From positions 6,696,001 through 6,760,000 of the forward strand of contig OX597833.1 in assembly GCA_951406725.2 (NCBI GenBank): DNA of 64,000 nucleotides, in the 5' to 3' direction. This document shows positions 57,886-64,000 of the stretch, in pieces (position 1 is the stretch's first letter; every line of letters starts with the position of its first letter). This stretch comes from Octopus vulgaris. Taxonomy: Eukaryota. Made by a program: the position numbers and the translations under genes. The notes beneath the pieces were generated by a model. It was not told where the DNA came from. It made no database searches and was given only the letters and a program-made list of their open reading frames with translations.

Positions 57886-59699
57886 TATATGTATATATAT
57901 ATATATATATATACACGCATATATATATAATACATATATATATATCTATTCATGCTTATATACATATATTCTTACATATAAGCACATAAATACATATACT
58001 CATGTGCATAAATATATATATATATGTGTCTGTGCGTGTGTGCGTGTGTGCGTGTGTGTGTATGCGCGTGTGTGTGTATAAAGGTTTCTCTCTATATATA
58101 TATGTATATATATATATATAGTTCAGACACATATACATGTATATATAAATACACACACGCACACATGTATGTACTTATATGTATATATATATAATATATA
58201 TATACATATCAAAGGTACTCTGTACGTATGTATATATACATACGTATATATACACACATGTTTGTGTGCGTTTGTGCGTGTTCATTTATGTGTGTGTATG
58301 TATTAAGTTATAGATACGTATATATATAGCTTAGATATATACATGCATATATAAATATACATACACACACATGTATAAATCAAAGGTAAGTATGTATATA
58401 TACATACGTATAATATACACACATGTTTGTGTATGTGTGTGTGTGTGTGTGTGTGCGTGCGTGTGCGCGTGTGTGTGTATGCGTGTGGTTTCCTGTACGT
58501 GTCCTTACATGTTATTCATTTATTACTGCGTGACTTTGAGAAACCCTAAACCCTTGTCCCCTGCTGCTCCACTTTGAATTTAACAAATTATCCTACAACA
58601 AACAGGGGAATTGCACGTCTTCCCCCTAACGTATTAAACATACCCTAAACCCAAAACCTGGGGATACGAGCAGCCATTTAAGCAAGCAATCTACAGAATT
58701 GACATATCCGCACATAATTTTTATTTACATAAAGTAGAGTCCTTAATGAATACGATCTAATTAAACGATTAATTGTTTAATATTGTAGCCGAAAATATCT
58801 GAAGTGTGGTGTTATGCAATATAAGGAAGTGTCGCAGGAATTTCTCAGCGGTTAAGAAGTTCAATTTGTAATCGTAGGATTACGAGTTCGATTTCACAAC
58901 ATCGCATGTAGGTGTTGTGCCCTTCATTGTAGACTCAGCTCCAGCTTGGTCTTGTCAGTGAAATATTTGTTGGTGTGAGCCATTTTTGTTACATATTGCG
59001 TTGCGCTCATTCGACCGGAGGGTCACGTTAATGGTAAAATATACAAGTGTATGGGATACTCAACCAGTTGCTTGCACGTTTATTTAACGCGTAGGTAATT
59101 TGTTAAGTATATGGTGGAAAAATATGGTACTCCGTCGCTTACGACGACGAGTGTTCCTGCTGATCCTATCAATGGAACAGCCACCTTGTGAAATTAACGT
59201 GCATGTGGCTGAGTATACCACCAGACATTTAACATAGCTCTCACAGGCCCTCAACATAGTTCTCAAGGAGATTCAGCCTGACACAGAATGTTACAAGGCT
59301 GGCCCCTTTGAATTACAGGTACGACTCACTTTAGCCAACTGGGTGGACTGGAAGCAACGTCAAAGTAGAGTATCTTGCTCAAGGACTGGACGCACTGCCA
59401 GGAATCGAACTTACTGTCTTGCGATCATGAACCGAATACCCCTAACGACTAAGTTACCCTCCTTCGCGAGAAGATGGAACAAATGAATGGTTGTTATGGA
59501 AACTGGTGAAGAATCCTTCATCATCAACAGCACTTTCATCATCACTTCCACAACCATCGTCATTATTCTCATCGGCAGCACCACCTCCACCACTACCTCC
59601 ACCACCATAACAGATGCTTCTTCGTGTTACAGAGGAATTTATAGAGATCGAAAAAAAACTTCTAAATAATCAACTCTAGACTTGTTTTTAAAAAGAAAT

Positions 59700-60910
59700 C
59701 GATAAGTCCGTCTACGAGTGCTTGTGAATTGTGGATCGTGGGTTGTAGTAAAACAATTTGGTTGATCATTCCATTTGATAAGCAGATCAAATCCAACCTC
59801 CCTTATCAGTTTCGTAAAGCTATAGATAAGAATTTTCCAAAACATTCAAGATACCATTCCATTATCAATTCACACCGAATTAGGATAAGTTTTTCAAACA
59901 CCAAACACTTTTCACAAATCATTTCTTCACATAATCATAAGTTATTAAATACAAATCCACTTAATGAAAATAATAACAATGATATTATTAACGCTAGCCA
60001 TACTTTGGACAACAATAACAACAATATTAATATTTCTGATATAAATTCGAACCGAATTCGTTTCCTTAGCAGTAATTCTATGACTAGAAATTATATTTAT
60101 TAATGTAAAATTACTTCCGGTTCTGATGTCTTTTTTATAAAGGTAATTTTTCGTCTCTGTTGTCGAAAAGAATATCTAATAATTTTTCTACATTTAGACA
60201 TATCAATAAACACAGCAATACTGGGCTTAGTAAATTAATTTGATTCTCTAAAGGAACATAATAGACAATACGGTTTGGAATGGAAAATTCTATCTAGATC
60301 TTTCCCGTATGACAAAGGTAAATCTTTTTGTCCGCTCTGTAACGAAGAGCTATTTTTCATCCTTTCTCGAAGAATACTCTTGTAAACGCGTTTAAAGAAT
60401 ATTTTTATCATTGTAAACACTGGCAAAAACATATCTTTAATTCCAATAAGTAATTTCTACCAATCTGTAAAATTCGACCTTTAACTGTCTTCTTACATTT
60501 TATTTCCACTACATATGTCTATTTCCACGCCTTTAAACTTTATTCCCATTCACCTATTACATTATATTTTTTCACTTTTAATTTTCTGCTAATTTCTTTC
60601 TTTCTCCCCCTTCTCTTTCTCAAATTTACCTTTGTCGTTAAATCTGTTAAGGTTTTTTAAAAAAAAATAACTTGCTAGCGTTCTCCTTACATCATATACT
60701 TAAGTATGCAGTAATCACATTCGGTTAAAATAGCTTATTGATGTGTTTTGTTCCTTTTTCCCCCCTGACGAGATGATTGCATTGTTTTACATCATTTTTA
60801 TTCCCTCCGGAATAATCTCAACGCTTTTTCTTCGAAACATGTTGAAAGTACAAATGATTTGAATTACACCTGCGTTTGATTCCATTTCTTAATTAATCCA
60901 CATTATATAG
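59700..60910 (+). mobile_element. Penelope-like element 3' part: linker, GIY-YIG endonuclease remnant and pLTR with degenerate hammerhead
   Basis: TIWLIIPFDKQIKSNL...IDKNFPKHSRYHSIINSHRIRISFS..IISSHNHKLL; NYIY*CKI; TGLSKLI; EWKIL..YDKGKSFCPLCNEE; HCKH. CTGACGA at 60765-60771 and ttcGAAACATGTTgaaag at 60831-60848. Confidence 0.85.
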
Positions 60911-61087
60911 AGCTAGTTGTCTGTCTGTCTATTCATCCCGCCAAATCATGCTTTGTTTCTTCCTCTTATAACCCTCTTAGATATCAACGACTGACTTCCC
61001 CTTCCCCATACCTATATCATGACAGAAATAAGGAAATAAGCTATAAAGAGAGAGAAAGAGAGAGAGAGATACGTGGCTTGGCCTTGC

Positions 61088-61121
<34 letters not shown>

Positions 61122-61487
61122 CTGTGTGTGTGTGTGTCTGTGTGTGTGTGTGTGTATGTACATAGACATCCACATACACACACATACACACATGTTCATT
61201 CAACATTTCCGCGTGCAAACACATGTGTATGAAGTAAATGAGTTTACGCGTGCGTATGTTTATGTATCTACCTTTGTACGAGTGGAATGTGTGTGTGTGT
61301 GTCTGTGTGTGTGTGTCTGTGTGTGTGCGAATGCGTGGTAGAGTGTGCGCGTGTGTATTAGTGTTTGCCCCATAATATTTACAAAAGTCTATCCTTTATG
61401 ATATATTGTAATTAACCAACCAAAATATATACAAATTATTGTAGCTGTAACTCATTAACAGCTTGGATCTCATATAATAACACATGC

Positions 61488-61527
<40 letters not shown>

Positions 61528-61668
61528 TATGATATATATGCATATATATTATATACACATATATATATACAAACATATGCTTATAATACATTTAGACATA
61601 TATATATATACATACACATATATACCAATAAGTATACATGTGTATATAGTTGAATGCAATATATACAA

Positions 61669-61732
<64 letters not shown>

Positions 61733-61882
61733 AAGTGGCAACGACTTCCCGAGCAGACTCATGGGTTGGTGAGTTGTCGCCTGAATGGTGCAAAGATGTC
61801 ATCGGCTAGAAATGGGGAATTATCAACAAATGGTCGATCCAGCGACGCGCCGTTACGGCGCATGCACCCATACTACTACCGC

Positions 61883-61934
<52 letters not shown>

Positions 61935-61939
61935 CACCA

Positions 61940-62025
<86 letters not shown>

Positions 62026-62068
62026 TCTATCTATCTATCTATCTTTCTATCTCTCTCTCTCTCTCTCT

Positions 62069-62105
<37 letters not shown>

Positions 62106-62169
62106 AAACTATTTCAGTACACATGTCCACCCAAATATCGTTCATATGAAACCCCTACACACACACACA

Positions 62170-62262
<93 letters not shown>

Positions 62263-62324
62263 ATACTATGCTAATACACACTCGTAAGCCCAAATATTTC
62301 TAACACAATAAATATCTTTTGTCC

Positions 62325-62720
62325 TTTGCTTGTCTTAGTCACTAGACTGCGGCCATCCTGGGGCACCACCTTCAAGTATTTTTGCTTTTTTAGTCGAATT
62401 AATCAACACTTGTACTTACTCTGTTTTAAAACCTGGTACTTATTCTATCGGTCTTTTTTGCTGATCTGCTAAGTTGCGGGGACGTAAATACCACACACAC
62501 ACACCGGCTGTCAAGCTGTGATGTGGAACAAATACAAACACACGCACACAGACAGACACACAGACACACAGACACACAACACACACAAACGCACATCTAT
62601 GACGGGCTTCTTTCAGTTTCCCCTGCCAAATCCATTCATAAGTCTTTGCTGAGCCCATGGCTATGGTAGAAGACACTTGCCGAAGATGCCATGCTGTGGG
62701 ATTGAACCGGTAGCTTAGGG
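62325..62720 (-). mobile_element. Older SINE family A copy
   Basis: gacgggcttctttcagtttcc and agaagacacttgcc motifs. Confidence 0.8.
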
Positions 62721-62772
62721 CTCGGAACACATCATTACACGTACACACACACACAACTACACACACACACAA

Positions 62773-62818
<46 letters not shown>

Positions 62819-63374
62819 CACACACAGAGGATCGGTGATGCAAACAGGAAAAGTGAACGCAAAGTATGAGATGATGGCATTTCCTTGGATTGTCCTAGAA
62901 GAAATTATTAAAAACTAATTAGAATGTTAGGTGGATAATGAAAAATATGCATGACCCACGTAACATAGCAATTGTAACCAGGAAGCCCGGATTTGAAACC
63001 AGTTTGATAAGGGCCGACGCGCAAAACACTCAGCCCTCGAGTCGCTCTCAACCTTCACATCACATCACACATACACACACACAGATTTATAAGTGAAAAT
63101 GTTTGTCATTCGAAACACAAACGCATACATATTAACTACGTAACTATTCACACACACACACACACACACACGCACATGCAGACATACTCATACAAACGCA
63201 CGCACGCACACACACACGCATGCACGCAAGCGCACATACACAAATTAGTATTCAGAGCATACTGAAGTAATCATATCTACTATCGGATAACCTCGACCAC
63301 ATGCACACTACCAATGACTCACACACACACAAGCAGACACACATATGTATATACATACATACATACATATATAC

Positions 63375-63431
<57 letters not shown>

Positions 63432-63520
63432 CGCGCGCACATTCAAACACGAACCTACTATATTACTATGTAACAATTTCAGAATACATAAAAAATATAA
63501 ACGTAGTCGAGCGACAACTA

Positions 63521-63559
<39 letters not shown>

Positions 63560-63587
63560 ACGCGCGCGCATGTATATACGTTTGTGC

Positions 63588-63631
<44 letters not shown>

Positions 63632-63654
63632 GTATGCATATATAAAAAATTAGG

Positions 63655-64000
63655 GTACTAGAAAGTACCAGCTTTGCTAGAAATGAGAGTCAAATAAAGT
63701 ATGAAGACACAGAAATCTTAATAAAATTCACAGGTTATTGAGATTTCTGTGGCTTCAGAACCGTTTAGTCAAATTCGCTGCCGCCATTTTCCAGTACGGC
63801 CTCACTGTGTTTCTGAGAAGATGTTTGAACAGGTTTATTTTGGCCGCCAGCTCGGCCTTGGTGTGGCAAGCAGAGCAGTTGGTGTCTCAACCGTGCCCCA
63901 CACATAGAAATCTATGGGATTACTTAGGATCGGTTATAAGGAAGGGGTTATGAGGTCAGAAATTGGATCCGGTGAAGTGGTAGAAATTCTTCGACGACTG
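63655..64000 (-). mobile_element. Tc1/mariner-superfamily transposase C-terminal remnant (runs off the window edge)
   Basis: Minus translation NF*PHN...NPIDFYVWGTVE..TNCSACHTKAELAAKI resembles WPPNSPDxNPxDYxVWG. Confidence 0.7.

Noticed and set aside
61737-61782. Hairpin as a pre-miRNA candidate
   Set aside because: Stem is short and imperfect (about 45 nt in total), with no recognisable mature miRNA.

Overview
Eukaryotic, microsatellite-saturated, mostly non-coding DNA. The (TA)n/(CA)n/(TAGA)n/(CAT)n load and the tRNA-derived SINE families look like an Octopus genome (inference). Almost all ORFs in the supplied track are translations of simple repeats or SINEs. One credible intact gene is present: an uninterrupted 214-aa ORF (43265-43909, +) that aligns without gaps over about 172 residues to ATG101 (HORMA domain). 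It is highly divergent and lacks the WF-finger Trp and the C-terminal tail, so it may be a specialised paralog or retrogene. The rest is mobile-element debris: mariner and Tc1-type transposase pseudogenes, a Helitron 3' end, RTE, RTE-X and RLE-type LINE fragments, a Penelope-like GIY-YIG element, three MITEs and many SINEs. There are also several minimal type-I hammerhead ribozyme motifs of the Penelope type, and a deletion-riddled fold-back duplication that may be an assembly artefact. All alignments were done by eye against remembered sequences; no searches were run.
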